DNA from: an uncultured delta proteobacterium
Lineage (GTDB): Bacteria > Desulfobacterota > RBG-13-43-22
Reading direction: 5' to 3'
DNA length: 64,000 nucleotides
Assembly: GCA_963802945.1 (NCBI GenBank)
Contig: CAWDKY010000015.1
Coordinates: forward strand, 384,001-448,000
Positions 37,096 through 47,351 of the stretch are shown here, in pieces. A program made the position numbers and the translations under genes. The notes under the pieces are model-generated. The model ran no database searches. It had not been told where the DNA came from and saw only the letters and a list, made by a program, of their open reading frames with translations. Position 1 is the stretch's first letter; each line of letters begins with the position of its first letter.

Positions 37096-37596
37096 ATGGC
37101 GATTAAAAAATTTCCAATTGAAGCCGGCCACATTATGATGTTTGCCAGGGCTATCGGCGATCCCAATCCCATTTATTACGACGAAGATTATGCCAAAACT
37201 ACGGAACCGGGCGGTGTCATAGCCTCGCCAACCTTTATTCAGGCCGCTGCGCAATTCGACCCAGACTATCGTCTGCGCCCCAAGATCGGCCAGCCCTGGT
37301 TTGGGTCGGGCAAAGAGCCGACAGGGATAAAACCGGGATCAGACGATGAATCGGGCGGTGGAGGAAGAGGACTCCATGCGGAACAGCACTACGAATATCA
37401 CCGTCCTATCCGGCCGGGGGATATACTTACGACTACGGTAAAGCCCGGAAAAACATGGGAGAAGGAAGGACGTCGATCGGGAAAGCTGGTCTTTAATGAG
37501 ACGATTATCGAATTCCGCGATCAAAAGAGTGAACTGGTCGTTACGTCACGGGGTGTGGGTGTCCGAACAGAACGGGCGGTTGATCAAGCCAAGTGA
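37096..37596 (+). CDS. MaoC N-terminal/FAS1-like hotdog dehydratase subunit
   Basis: FARAIGDPNPIY, LHAEQHYEYHRPIRPGD. Confidence 0.88.
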   Translation: MAIKKFPIEAGHIMMFARAIGDPNPIYYDEDYAKTTEPGGVIASPTFIQAAAQFDPDYRLRPKIGQPWFGSGKEPTGIKPGSDDESGGGGRGLHAEQHYEYHRPIRPGDILTTTVKPGKTWEKEGRRSGKLVFNETIIEFRDQKSELVVTSRGVGVRTERAVDQAK

Positions 37597-37607
37597 GGAG
37601 ATGATTT

Positions 37608-38030
37608 ATGGCTCTACAAGCAAGCAAACTTAAAGTTGGGGATACGTATACCGAACGTATTGTGGAAGACTTGAAACGCACACAAATAGTCCAGTATGCC
37701 GGGGCTTCGGGAGATTATAATCCGATTCATACCGACGAACTTTTTACGGTCAAGGTGGCCGGTTATCCTTCGGTATTTGCCCACGGTATGTTGACCATGG
37801 GCATGACAGGAAAGATGCTCACCAATTATGTGGGGGACGGACGGCTGACCCGATATGGAGCTCGTTTTACCAGCCAGGTTTGGCCGGGCGATGACCTGGA
37901 TGCCAAGGCCACCGTTGAAGCCATTCGGGAGGAAAACAAGCAATATTTTGTCGATCTGAAAATTGAGACGACCAATCAAAACGGTCTGGTCGTCTTAAGC
38001 GGCAGTGCCACGGCCCGGATCGATCCCTGA
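37608..38030 (+). CDS. MaoC-family dehydratase
   Basis: YAGASGDYNPIH, FAHGMLTMG. Confidence 0.92.
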   Translation: MALQASKLKVGDTYTERIVEDLKRTQIVQYAGASGDYNPIHTDELFTVKVAGYPSVFAHGMLTMGMTGKMLTNYVGDGRLTRYGARFTSQVWPGDDLDAKATVEAIREENKQYFVDLKIETTNQNGLVVLSGSATARIDP

Positions 38031-38123
38031 CAATCGTACAAAGAACAAAGACAAAGAAGGGGACATCCTCCCCTTCTTTCACTTTTGCTTGTCCGCTGTT
38101 TGTGGGTTTCGGCAAAGCGAGGA

Positions 38124-38441
38124 CTATTTCTTCTGAAAGGCCTGAAGACGTCTTAAAATTAATTTATAAACCTCCTCCTTCTCCCTTTTCCCGATACCGA
38201 TAACTTCAATCACTTCCAGGTAATCCTTCAGGAGACGATAGACAATGCGGATTTTCTTCTTGGACGCATAAAGTTTGAAAAATCCTGTGAGGTCCAAGCC
38301 CATTTTGTTCCCGAGAGGTTTTCCAAGAAACGGGCTTTCCGAAAGGGCATCGATCTTTTTGGCTACTTCCTTTCGAACCGAACCGTCCAGCCGAGCAAAA
38401 TCCTTGGCAGCCTCAGGATGAAATTCAATTTTAAAGGCCAC
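38124..38441 (-). CDS. RelE/ParE-family toxin
   Basis: FKIEFHPEAAKDF, GKPLGNKMGLDLTGFFKLY, IRIVY. Confidence 0.88.
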   Translation of the reverse strand: MAFKIEFHPEAAKDFARLDGSVRKEVAKKIDALSESPFLGKPLGNKMGLDLTGFFKLYASKKKIRIVYRLLKDYLEVIEVIGIGKREKEEVYKLILRRLQAFQKK

Positions 38442-38712
38442 GTTTCCCCTTCACCTTTTCCCAAGGGATGTTGTGAGCCCGTTTATGATTTTTTAGTCTC
38501 CGATCGATCATCTCCGCAATCTCGAGATGTTCCAGAAGGCTTTCCGCCTCTTTCAGAAGTTCATACTCGGAGGGTGACATGATCACAGCGGCCAACGAGT
38601 TATTCCTCATAATAAAGAGGGGCTCCTCGTTTTCGGTCAATTCTCTTAATCTCCCGGTAAGTTCCTTTTGCAGCTTAGTGATGGGAACCATTCGCTCGGT
38701 CTCAACTTGCAT
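38431..38712 (-). CDS. Phd/YefM antitoxin
   Basis: PLFIMRNNSLAAVIMSPSEYE; overlaps toxin start. Confidence 0.85.
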   Translation of the reverse strand: MQVETERMVPITKLQKELTGRLRELTENEEPLFIMRNNSLAAVIMSPSEYELLKEAESLLEHLEIAEMIDRRLKNHKRAHNIPWEKVKGKRGL

Positions 38713-38857
38713 GATGGCGCTCCTTTAATAAAATATATAGAATTATACATATAATAATATAAAAGTCAAACGGAAAAATTGAGGGAATAGAAGGAGACGT
38801 TGTCCACTTTATTCATTTTTGGTTGTCATTGGCAGGGGACGCTGGAAATAAAGAAAA

Positions 38858-40351
38858 TTACCGATTGCTATGGCCGTGTTCCGCCTGGAATTCATGGTAT
38901 TGGATGAAACGGGCCATGGCCCTGGCAGCCGTTTCCAGATTAGGATAGGCCGGTATACCGGAGGTAACGAATTTCAAGCGTGTTTGAGCGGCTCTATCTG
39001 CGTTGTTCAAATCATTACCATACATGTCCATGGAAACAACCAGCGGTTTGTTAAAAGAATTGTTCTTAACGAAATCAATTAGGAAATCATTGACCTCTCG
39101 CAGACCAATGTTTTGGTCTCCATGAAGGTGTTCATCATCATCAAAGGCCTCAAGCCCGCCAACGATCCGATCGGCAATGGCCAGATCTATGGCCGGGTCG
39201 GCCATGGCTATTTCCATGACCTGGCGATAGAGCTGAGCATCTCTTTGTACCATCCAGAGGTCGAGGGGATTCCTGGTGCTGTTTCCTTCCAGGCGGATGA
39301 AAGCGTTGAGTTCTTCCCTGGTTTTTTCGGAAAGGGGAGGTATCTCCAAACCCTGGCGCCCGCAAATATCGGCAAAGGCCACCGAGTTACCGCCGCCGCC
39401 GGCCAGGAGGAGGGTTCGTCTTCCTTGGCACGGTTTCAGATACATGAAGGCCAGGACGACGTCGATGATCTCTTCCAGAGAGTTTACTCTGATCGCGCCG
39501 GTCTGTTTAAAAAAAGCATCCCAGATTAGGCCTTCACCGGCCATCGATCCGGTATGCGAGGCCACCGCCCTCGAACCGGACTCGGTCACGCCGGCCTTCC
39601 AGATGATGACCGGCTTGGTACGGTTAATGTCTTTAATAAGCCGGGTAACCCGATTGCCGTCCTTGATACCTTCAAGGTAAATAGAGATGATGTGGGTATC
39701 CGGGTCCTGATGAAGATAGTCGAGAAAATCCGCCACCTGGAGTCCGCAGGCGTTTCCAAAGCTTATTATTTTGCTGAAATAGACCCCAAGCGATTGGGCA
39801 TAGGCGGTAAGAATTTCTCCGTGACCACCGCTCTGGGAAAGGAAAGCAAGATGTCCCGTACCGTAAGGTTTTACTCCCCAACCCGCCAGTTTACTGGCCG
39901 GTACATATAAGCCCATACAGTTGGGTCCCACGACCCGCAGGTTACCGCGCTTTATGATCTGCGTAATCTGCTGTTCAAGTTTTTTGCCTTCTTCCTCTCC
40001 GGTTTCGCTGAATCCGGAGCTGAAGATATGCACGTTCTTTATCCCCACTGCGATACAGTCTTCCAGTATCTGCGGGACACGAGGCGCTGAGACGGCAATA
40101 ATGACCAGGTCTATCGGTTCAGGGACGGACTGCAAATTGGGATAGGCCTTGAAACCCAGGACTTCGGTTGCTTTAGGATTGATCGGAAAGATTTTTCCGG
40201 GAAACCCGATATTACGAAGCCGTAACAAAAAACTGGTTCCTCCCCATCCCTGGGGATTAGGTGAGGCGCCGACCATGGCCACTGATTTCGGATAGAACAT
40301 GTTATCCAGTTCGTGTTTTTCCGGCATAGTTGATGTTTCCTCAATATCCAT
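38858..40351 (-). CDS. ADP-forming acyl-CoA synthetase alpha-like subunit
   Basis: FYPKSVAMVGAS, SSGFSE, VGPNCMG, SQSGG, ASHTGS. Confidence 0.9.
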   Translation of the reverse strand: MDIEETSTMPEKHELDNMFYPKSVAMVGASPNPQGWGGTSFLLRLRNIGFPGKIFPINPKATEVLGFKAYPNLQSVPEPIDLVIIAVSAPRVPQILEDCIAVGIKNVHIFSSGFSETGEEEGKKLEQQITQIIKRGNLRVVGPNCMGLYVPASKLAGWGVKPYGTGHLAFLSQSGGHGEILTAYAQSLGVYFSKIISFGNACGLQVADFLDYLHQDPDTHIISIYLEGIKDGNRVTRLIKDINRTKPVIIWKAGVTESGSRAVASHTGSMAGEGLIWDAFFKQTGAIRVNSLEEIIDVVLAFMYLKPCQGRRTLLLAGGGGNSVAFADICGRQGLEIPPLSEKTREELNAFIRLEGNSTRNPLDLWMVQRDAQLYRQVMEIAMADPAIDLAIADRIVGGLEAFDDDEHLHGDQNIGLREVNDFLIDFVKNNSFNKPLVVSMDMYGNDLNNADRAAQTRLKFVTSGIPAYPNLETAARAMARFIQYHEFQAEHGHSNR

Positions 40352-40699
40352 AATTAATTAACGCTCATTTCCCGTCTAGTGCGGAACACCATGAAGGATA
40401 AAAAAAGGATTCAAGGGGTCAAGGACCGCAGGGCGGAGTGAAAGGCGTGGAAGTAAAACCTCCTTAATCCTGGGATCCTATTTTCAAACAAAGCGTTCAT
40501 GCCCTGTCTTGTACTGAAAACAACGAAGCATTAAAATAAATACTTAGAATCTAGTGGTTAAGAGTTTTTATTCTGACTTCTGACTCCTGGATTCTGGATT
40601 CCTGATTTTTATTTTCGAAATAAACCCCCATCCCCTTTTTTATTTCCCTGTCTATTTGACAAGGTCTATTCTTTGACTTTCACTTCAATCAGTACACCT

Positions 40700-42124
40700 T
40701 TAGGAAAGCTCAGAACAACGGCGGACGTTATTGTAGTATTGGAGGGCATTACTCAAGGCCAGGGCGCAACGCTCGAAGGAAAGAAAAACCGGGATGCCCA
40801 TACCCTGCAAGTTGAACATAATATCTTTTACTTCCTTCTCGGCATCGGAATTATAGAGCATGCTTACAACCATCAGGGGTTTTGGACTTTTCCTCTTAAC
40901 GCTATCCAGTAGATCCATGGCCCCCTTAAGTTGTTCAGGGGTGAAATGCCAGCCCGGTTTGGTGGAAACGAAAAAAACCATATTATCGATATGGGGATCC
41001 TGGGCCACGATGCTCATGACCCGCTTCATGTCCCTGCGAACCGGCCCGGCAGAATCGATGGGATTGCGGTAACTGCCTCCCACCGGTCCAAAGAAAGTTT
41101 CCAGTTCATCATAGGACTCCTGGGTAAGCTGGGGCACATTCAACCCCGTTTCTACAAAAATATCGGTAGCAATCACCGAGTGCCCTCCAGGCCCTCCGGC
41201 AATGGCCACCCTGTTCCCATAAACCGGGGGAAGAAAAAGTAAGGCCTTCAAGGTATCGATCAGTTCCTCCAGGCTAACTACCTGTATGGCTCCGCACTGG
41301 CTGACCGCTGCATTCCAGATCACCTGCGAGGAAGCCAGGGACCCGGTATGTGAGGCCGTTGCCCGCCCGCCTTCCTCGGTCCGTCCGCCTTTCCAGATGA
41401 CCACCGGTTTTCGAGCGGCCACCTCCTTCAATACGGAAAAAAAACGGCGGCCGTTCTTCACCCCTTCCAGATACAGGCCGATGGCCTTGATTTCCGGGTC
41501 TTGGCCGAAATACTCCAAGAAATCCGGGGAATCCACCACAATCCCATTGCCGAAGCTCACGGACTTATTGATGTCCAAGCCTTGAGTATGGGCATCCAGG
41601 CTGAAGCCGATGGCAATGCTCCCGCTCTGTGAAATAAAGCCCAGCGGCCCGGGGACACCGATGTATTGTTCCTCACTTTGTTTGATTCCGACCCGGGGAT
41701 TGAAAAGCCCCAGGCAATTGGGACCGACGAGATGAAACCCGGCCTTTTCCGCTTTTTTCACCAGCCTTCGTTCCAAAGTCATTCCTTCTTCGGTATTGGT
41801 TTCAGAAAAACCGGCGCTGAAAAAATGGGCCGCAGCCACGTCCTTGCGAATGCAGTCTTCCAGAACGGCCACGGTTGCATTTCTAGGTACGGCGACAATG
41901 GCCAGGTCCACCGGTTCGGGAATATCAACCAGGCTGGGGTAATTTTCAATGCCCAGGGCCTTGATATCCTCGAAGGATTTGGGATTGACATGGACGGAAT
42001 AAAGTTTTCCCTTAAATGATTTGTGAGCTTTCAGCCAGTTGAAATTATTTCCTTTGCTATCCCCCACCACAGCCACCACCTTTGGGGTGAAGGCCCGGTT
42101 TAATTTATTGAAATCCACTTTCAT
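40700..42124 (-). CDS. ADP-forming acyl-CoA synthetase alpha-like subunit (paralog)
   Basis: PVDLAIVAVP, SAGFSE, VGPNCLG, SQSGS, ASHTGSLA. Confidence 0.9.
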   Translation of the reverse strand: MKVDFNKLNRAFTPKVVAVVGDSKGNNFNWLKAHKSFKGKLYSVHVNPKSFEDIKALGIENYPSLVDIPEPVDLAIVAVPRNATVAVLEDCIRKDVAAAHFFSAGFSETNTEEGMTLERRLVKKAEKAGFHLVGPNCLGLFNPRVGIKQSEEQYIGVPGPLGFISQSGSIAIGFSLDAHTQGLDINKSVSFGNGIVVDSPDFLEYFGQDPEIKAIGLYLEGVKNGRRFFSVLKEVAARKPVVIWKGGRTEEGGRATASHTGSLASSQVIWNAAVSQCGAIQVVSLEELIDTLKALLFLPPVYGNRVAIAGGPGGHSVIATDIFVETGLNVPQLTQESYDELETFFGPVGGSYRNPIDSAGPVRRDMKRVMSIVAQDPHIDNMVFFVSTKPGWHFTPEQLKGAMDLLDSVKRKSPKPLMVVSMLYNSDAEKEVKDIMFNLQGMGIPVFLSFERCALALSNALQYYNNVRRCSELS

Positions 42125-42885
42125 GGAAAATCCTTTTTCATATTCTTTTGTTCTTCATTCCATTCAATGGCCACAATCCTTTTCCCATTGACCTGTGCCG
42201 CCTCATCAGAGGCCAGATAAATGGCTGCCGGGGCCATGACCTCCGGTTTTAAGAGCAGTGCCAGCTGATCCTTGGGAATAGTGGATGGGACCATCCCAGT
42301 TTGTGTGGCACCGCCGGGTAGGAGCATATTTAATGTGATCCCCGTTCCTTCCAATTCTTTAGACCATATGGTACTCATGGACTCCAAGGCCGCCTTGGAA
42401 GGACCATAGGGACTGAAGCCTCTTCGTACCATGGTTTGCTGATTAATCGAAATATTAATAATCCGTCCGTATTGCTGTTGCAGCATGATGGGAACAACTG
42501 CCCGGGTCATCAGAAAAATCCCATTGACATTAGTGTCGATAATCATCCGCCAGACCTCAGGGTCGGTCTGCCAAAAAAGGGCGGGAGTGGTCATAAACTC
42601 TTCGCTGACGTACTTCATCCCCCTGGCCGCATTATTGACCAAAATATCGATTCTTCCATAAGAAGCCAGGGCTGCCTGAATGACCTTGTTGACATCCTCT
42701 GTTTTGGTAACATCCGCTTGAATGGCTGTAGCTCCTGTTAGAGATGCTACCTCTTGAATCTCCTTCCATTCCCGCGCAGCAGTCACCATGAGGCGGGCTC
42801 CCTCTTCAGCATAGGCCAAGGCGATCGCCCGGCCGATGCCTCGTCCGCCGCCGGTAATGATGGCCACTTTATCCTTCAGTTTCAT
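42121..42885 (-). CDS. Classical SDR
   Basis: TGGGRGIG, LVNNA, YGPSK. Confidence 0.92.
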   Translation of the reverse strand: MKLKDKVAIITGGGRGIGRAIALAYAEEGARLMVTAAREWKEIQEVASLTGATAIQADVTKTEDVNKVIQAALASYGRIDILVNNAARGMKYVSEEFMTTPALFWQTDPEVWRMIIDTNVNGIFLMTRAVVPIMLQQQYGRIINISINQQTMVRRGFSPYGPSKAALESMSTIWSKELEGTGITLNMLLPGGATQTGMVPSTIPKDQLALLLKPEVMAPAAIYLASDEAAQVNGKRIVAIEWNEEQKNMKKDFP

Positions 42886-43044
42886 CGTATCCTCCAGAGA
42901 ATAGGATTCCAAAGACAAAAATTTTAGGAAAAAAGTATAGAACGGGGAAGAAATAAGAGTCAAGGGAAAAACAGGGAGCTAATAATCATTCTCCATCGAT
43001 GACTGGAACAACTTTTCAGTTTTGTTTTTTGAGCAATCTCGAGA

Positions 43045-43887
43045 CTATTTTCCTTTCAGCACCGCCTCTGCGGCCAACTTATACTGCCTTCTTATCCGGG
43101 CAATTCTATCATCCAGGTCCTCGGTTCCTTCGATGGGGAAAAAGTATATGGTTTTACTTTTCATGGCCATCTCGTCTGTCGTGAGTCCTTCAGACTGGAA
43201 CTTCCTCACTTCCGATTCCAGGGCCTCGAAAAAGGCAAGATATTTTTCAACCATCTCTTTTCCGCCCACCGGACCGTGTCCTGGGACAACGACGTCGATA
43301 TCCATGGAAAGCATTTTCTTGAGGCCTTCCTTCCACTTTCCAAAATAGGTCTGTCCAAAAAATGGGAATTGCCCCTCTACATTGTCACCGGTGAACAAGA
43401 CCTTGTCTTCGGCCAGATAAATCATAATGGTTGCCGGTGAATGCCCGCCTACGATTTCAAGTTCGAAATGGGCATCTCCCATATCCAGGGAAAGTCCGCG
43501 ATCAAAGGTGATGTGCGGCGGAAGCATTTCAAAACGGTCGATGAAGGATTCAAATTTTGAGACCACCTCGGGGAAGGCCTCTGCGATGACTTGTTTGAGG
43601 AGCTTTTTATCTTTCAGGTAGGCCATGCCCCTGGCCGCCTTGGTATGGCAGATCACCTTCGGGGTTAAAAATACATTCCCCATCACATGATCGTAATGGT
43701 GGTCCGTATTGATCACATAAGCCGCTTCCCGGCCGGTCTGTTTTTTGGTCAGGTCAGCCCACTTTTCAGCGTCTTCGGGTAAAAAAGGGCTGTCCACATA
43801 AACCAGTCCCCTGGCAGTGGCTATGCAGCTTACATTGGCCCCCACATAATCGGTTTCGACCAGGATCCTTTTTTTAATGGTCTGCAT
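43045..43887 (-). CDS. MBL-fold metallo-hydrolase
   Basis: TDHHYDHVMGN, GGHS, LFTGD, VPGHG. Confidence 0.9.
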   Translation of the reverse strand: MQTIKKRILVETDYVGANVSCIATARGLVYVDSPFLPEDAEKWADLTKKQTGREAAYVINTDHHYDHVMGNVFLTPKVICHTKAARGMAYLKDKKLLKQVIAEAFPEVVSKFESFIDRFEMLPPHITFDRGLSLDMGDAHFELEIVGGHSPATIMIYLAEDKVLFTGDNVEGQFPFFGQTYFGKWKEGLKKMLSMDIDVVVPGHGPVGGKEMVEKYLAFFEALESEVRKFQSEGLTTDEMAMKSKTIYFFPIEGTEDLDDRIARIRRQYKLAAEAVLKGK

Positions 43888-43989
43888 GGTTCTTCCTTTC
43901 TTTTGCTGTTTTCTGTAAAATAAGCCGAGGGTTTCGAGCTTTCTCGTTGTTGTTCTTTTAATTAATTTGGAAAATTTCTATACTCTGAT

Positions 43990-44961
43990 CTAATCGCTCA
44001 ATAGGCGCCTTGGGTTATCGACCATCATCGTTCTTATCTGGGCATCGGTGACGCCTGCCTCTTTGAGGGTCGGAATAATATCGCGGAAGACATGGACGTA
44101 GGACCAGTTGGCTATTTGTCGACGACCCTCTTCAGGCAATACCCCTCCACGCCCTGATGAGCAGGCGATATAATCATGGGACAACATGATGCGTTTCTCA
44201 TAGCCGACTCCCAAAAGACCGATCAGCATGGCTATCCTTATTTTGTCCGGCAAGAATAATTCAATTCCGAACCGGTCAAAGGCGATATTCACCCCCTGGT
44301 TTAGCACATCCGACTGATATTGTAAGGAAGGATTGCCGCACATATGGCCGATCATGATGCGCTTCGGATCCAGCCCTTCCCTGATCAGCAGGGCAGCCTG
44401 TTCAGGTCCCATGGTCCCATCTTCCGTATGGGTGATAATCGGGAGGCCGGTTTCTTTAGCAGCCCTGGCTGCGGCCATCAGCACTGCTTCTTCAACGGCG
44501 GAAATACAATTCAAGCCCGTGGCTACCTTGATCACCCCGGGCTTTACGCCGGATTGGCCAATGCCCTGGGTTATTTCCTGTATCATACCGTCATACAGCT
44601 CGCTGACCATGTCCCCGACCCCGCTTCGGCTTCGCCCCATAAGGTAGCCCCATTTGCCCCGGGCTTCGGTGTATCTGCCGGTGGAGCAGATAATGTGGAT
44701 CTGCGATTGTTCGGATACCTCCTTCAGGATTTCGACATCCCGGTATAAATCCGGGGTAGCGTCAATAATTGCTCCGAGGCCATAAGGTTTCACCGGAGAC
44801 AGGGCCTTCAGGCATCTCTGGACCATTTTATCCCTATCGTAGGGCCGGGATAACGGGTCACACTCCCAGCCGGGTTGACTGGTGACAATATGTTCGTGGA
44901 CAAGGGTCGAACCTAAATCTTCCGGTGAAATCATACCCAGTACTGTATTGATTTTTTTCAT
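43990..44961 (-). CDS. Phosphotriesterase-family protein / lactonase
   Basis: TLVHEH, GVIKVA, ITHT, IGHM, LSHD metal ligands; DNPRRL end. Confidence 0.9.
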   Translation of the reverse strand: MKKINTVLGMISPEDLGSTLVHEHIVTSQPGWECDPLSRPYDRDKMVQRCLKALSPVKPYGLGAIIDATPDLYRDVEILKEVSEQSQIHIICSTGRYTEARGKWGYLMGRSRSGVGDMVSELYDGMIQEITQGIGQSGVKPGVIKVATGLNCISAVEEAVLMAAARAAKETGLPIITHTEDGTMGPEQAALLIREGLDPKRIMIGHMCGNPSLQYQSDVLNQGVNIAFDRFGIELFLPDKIRIAMLIGLLGVGYEKRIMLSHDYIACSSGRGGVLPEEGRRQIANWSYVHVFRDIIPTLKEAGVTDAQIRTMMVDNPRRLLSD

Positions 44962-45144
44962 GGCGCCTTCCTCATTGAATGGATTTGATAGAATTTCGCT
45001 TTTGGATGGCCAGATTATAAGACCATCAAGGATTGGAGGTCAAGGGGCAATAGTGTTTGGGACTGCAAAGGTAAAATAGTTGACTCAGGCGAAATATGTT
45101 TTTATACTTAATACTTCTAAACCTATCGAAGAGGAGAAACAATC

Positions 45145-45549
45145 ATGAGTCTGGAATCGGATTTTGAAGCCCTCCCCATCGGGCTTGATATAGGGGAATG
45201 GGAAATGGTCCTGGATGAAAAAACCATCAATAGCTATGCGGATCTGATGCAATGGCAGGCCAGGGAGGTTATCGATAAACTGCATTTTGCCCCGCCGGGG
45301 ACATCCATCAACATGCACCCCAGGATGCAGTTCGCCAAATTTACTAATTTGAAGTCAGCCATCTGGGCCAAAAGCGAGCATGAATTTCTGAAGCCTTTCA
45401 AGATGGGTACCAAGATCAGGATTCGGGGGAAGATCGTTGACAAATTCATCAAACGCGGACGGTTTTACAAAGTCGCTGAGTTTGAGACCCTGGACGAGAA
45501 CGACGAGATCATCATGAGAAGCCGGGAGACGGGTATCAACGTCGAATAA
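45145..45549 (+). CDS. Hotdog-fold protein
   Basis: EHEFLKP...GKIVDKFIKRGRFY. Confidence 0.75.
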   Translation: MSLESDFEALPIGLDIGEWEMVLDEKTINSYADLMQWQAREVIDKLHFAPPGTSINMHPRMQFAKFTNLKSAIWAKSEHEFLKPFKMGTKIRIRGKIVDKFIKRGRFYKVAEFETLDENDEIIMRSRETGINVE

Positions 45550-45560
45550 GGGGGAAAGAA

Positions 45561-45950
45561 ATGGGAAAAAATATACAAGTGGGCCAAGAGATCCCCGGTT
45601 TGACCAAGACTGCCTTTATGCCGATTGAAGAAGACGCGCGTAATCCCATTCATACTGAGGATTATGCCAAAGAACACGGTATGCAGGGGGCGCTGGTTGC
45701 CGGGTCCACCCTTCTCAGTTACATGCTGGAGATGCTTTACAACACCTTTGGGGAAAAGTGGCTCAGCCACGGGAAGATCAATATCTCCTTTATCGGCGGA
45801 GGAGCCTTAAACGGAGACCAGATAACCACTCATGGGAAGGTTAAGTTGATTGAACCCAAGGAGGGGATGAACCGGGTTACTTTGGATATCTGGATGGAAA
45901 ATCAGAACGGCGTCAAGATCATGGTTGGCCAGGCGAGCTGCCTTAAATAA
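45561..45950 (+). CDS. MaoC-family dehydratase
   Basis: NPIHTEDYAKEHGMQGALVAG. Confidence 0.85.
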   Translation: MGKNIQVGQEIPGLTKTAFMPIEEDARNPIHTEDYAKEHGMQGALVAGSTLLSYMLEMLYNTFGEKWLSHGKINISFIGGGALNGDQITTHGKVKLIEPKEGMNRVTLDIWMENQNGVKIMVGQASCLK

Positions 45951-45994
45951 CCTTTAATTTTATTACTTCTCTATTCATCAAAGGAGTTTTATCA

Positions 45995-46909
45995 ATGGCT
46001 AAACTGATGCAGGATACTACTTTCACTTTTACCGATCCGGACGGATTTCGGATCTTTGTGCGAAAATGGATGCCACCAGAAACGGTAAAATCCAAGGCCG
46101 TGGTCCAGATCGCCCACGGCGCGGCTGAACACAGCCTGCGGTATGAACGCCTGGGAAAGTTCCTCAACGAGGCTGGTTACCTGGTCTATGCCAACGACCA
46201 CCGCGGTCATTGGAAAACAGCAGGCACTATGGATAAGGCCGGTGTTGCCGGCATCGACGGTTGGAACGGAATCGTTAAAGACGCCAAACAATTGACCGAT
46301 ATCATCAAGAAGGAAAATCCTGGACTACCCGTCTTTTTGTTCGGTCACAGCATGGGCTCTTTGCTGGCTCAGCATTACATTCAGCAATGGGGAGAGGGGC
46401 TGGCGGGAGTTGTGCTCTGCGGCTCCTCAGGGGCACGCCCGGGTTTGGAAAAGAATATAGCATCTTTAGAGAAGCTGCCCAGAGAGGGAATCTCCAAAGC
46501 CATGTTCAGGGATGTCAATAAACGCTTCGAACCGGGCCGGACCGGTTTTGAATGGCTCAGCCGGGATGAAGACGAAGTCCAGAAATACGTGGATGATCCC
46601 TGGTGCGGCTTTCCGTTTACCTTTGGATTTTCATTGGATTTACTCAAGGGAATACGGGAAGGCTGGAGGGCAGAAAACGAAGCGCGCCTTCCCAAAGATC
46701 TACCGATTTTTATCATTTCCGGTGAAGATGATCCGGCGGCGGGAGACAATGCGGCTCTATTAAAGTTGCTGATCGATCGCTACCAGGCGTTGGGCATTAA
46801 AGATCTTACGAGCAAGTTGTACCCCGGGGCGCGTCACGAGATCCTCAATGAAACCATTCGCGATGAGGTGCACAGGGATTTACTAACCTGGTTTGACGCC
46901 CATTTATGA
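45995..46909 (+). CDS. Alpha/beta hydrolase (lysophospholipase-like)
   Basis: HGAAEH, DHRGH, GHSMG, ARHEILNE. Confidence 0.92.
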   Translation: MAKLMQDTTFTFTDPDGFRIFVRKWMPPETVKSKAVVQIAHGAAEHSLRYERLGKFLNEAGYLVYANDHRGHWKTAGTMDKAGVAGIDGWNGIVKDAKQLTDIIKKENPGLPVFLFGHSMGSLLAQHYIQQWGEGLAGVVLCGSSGARPGLEKNIASLEKLPREGISKAMFRDVNKRFEPGRTGFEWLSRDEDEVQKYVDDPWCGFPFTFGFSLDLLKGIREGWRAENEARLPKDLPIFIISGEDDPAAGDNAALLKLLIDRYQALGIKDLTSKLYPGARHEILNETIRDEVHRDLLTWFDAHL

Positions 46910-46953
46910 GGAGATGACCTCAGATCGGAATGATTTCCTTAATGCCTGCTTAT

Positions 46954-47010
46954 TTCTAAATCGGTATTGCCGGTAATTCAATATAGGAGGCCTGCCCCGG
47001 TTGATAAAAT
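46954..47010 (-). repeat. Duplicate of the last codons of the CocE gene
   Basis: GGTATTGCCGGTAATTCAATATAGGAGGCCTGCCCCGGTTGAT matches 48387-48429. Confidence 0.85.
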
Positions 47011-47351
47011 GTCCTTGGGACAAGATGAAAGGGATAAGGGGAAACCTATACTTTATAGGCCTTTGATAGAACTTGATCTGATCTAAGAGCAAAAGCCATA
47101 TTAACTTTTCCTGTATTCCTCAACCTTCCATTCTTGAAAAAAGACAATGGTTCAAACGGTAATCAATAGAAGGGACTTGCAATTTGTTGACTTTTTAGTT
47201 AGTAACGAGTAAGAAACCTTAAATAAAATAACCAAGTTTTCTTTTTGGCAACCCTAATCAGAGAGGTAGTCAATCTAAGAACATCGAACCTCTTTTCTCA
47301 AAGGAAAGGTGGGCTTTTTTATTGTGAAGGCCTCAACTGGAGATTTACAGA

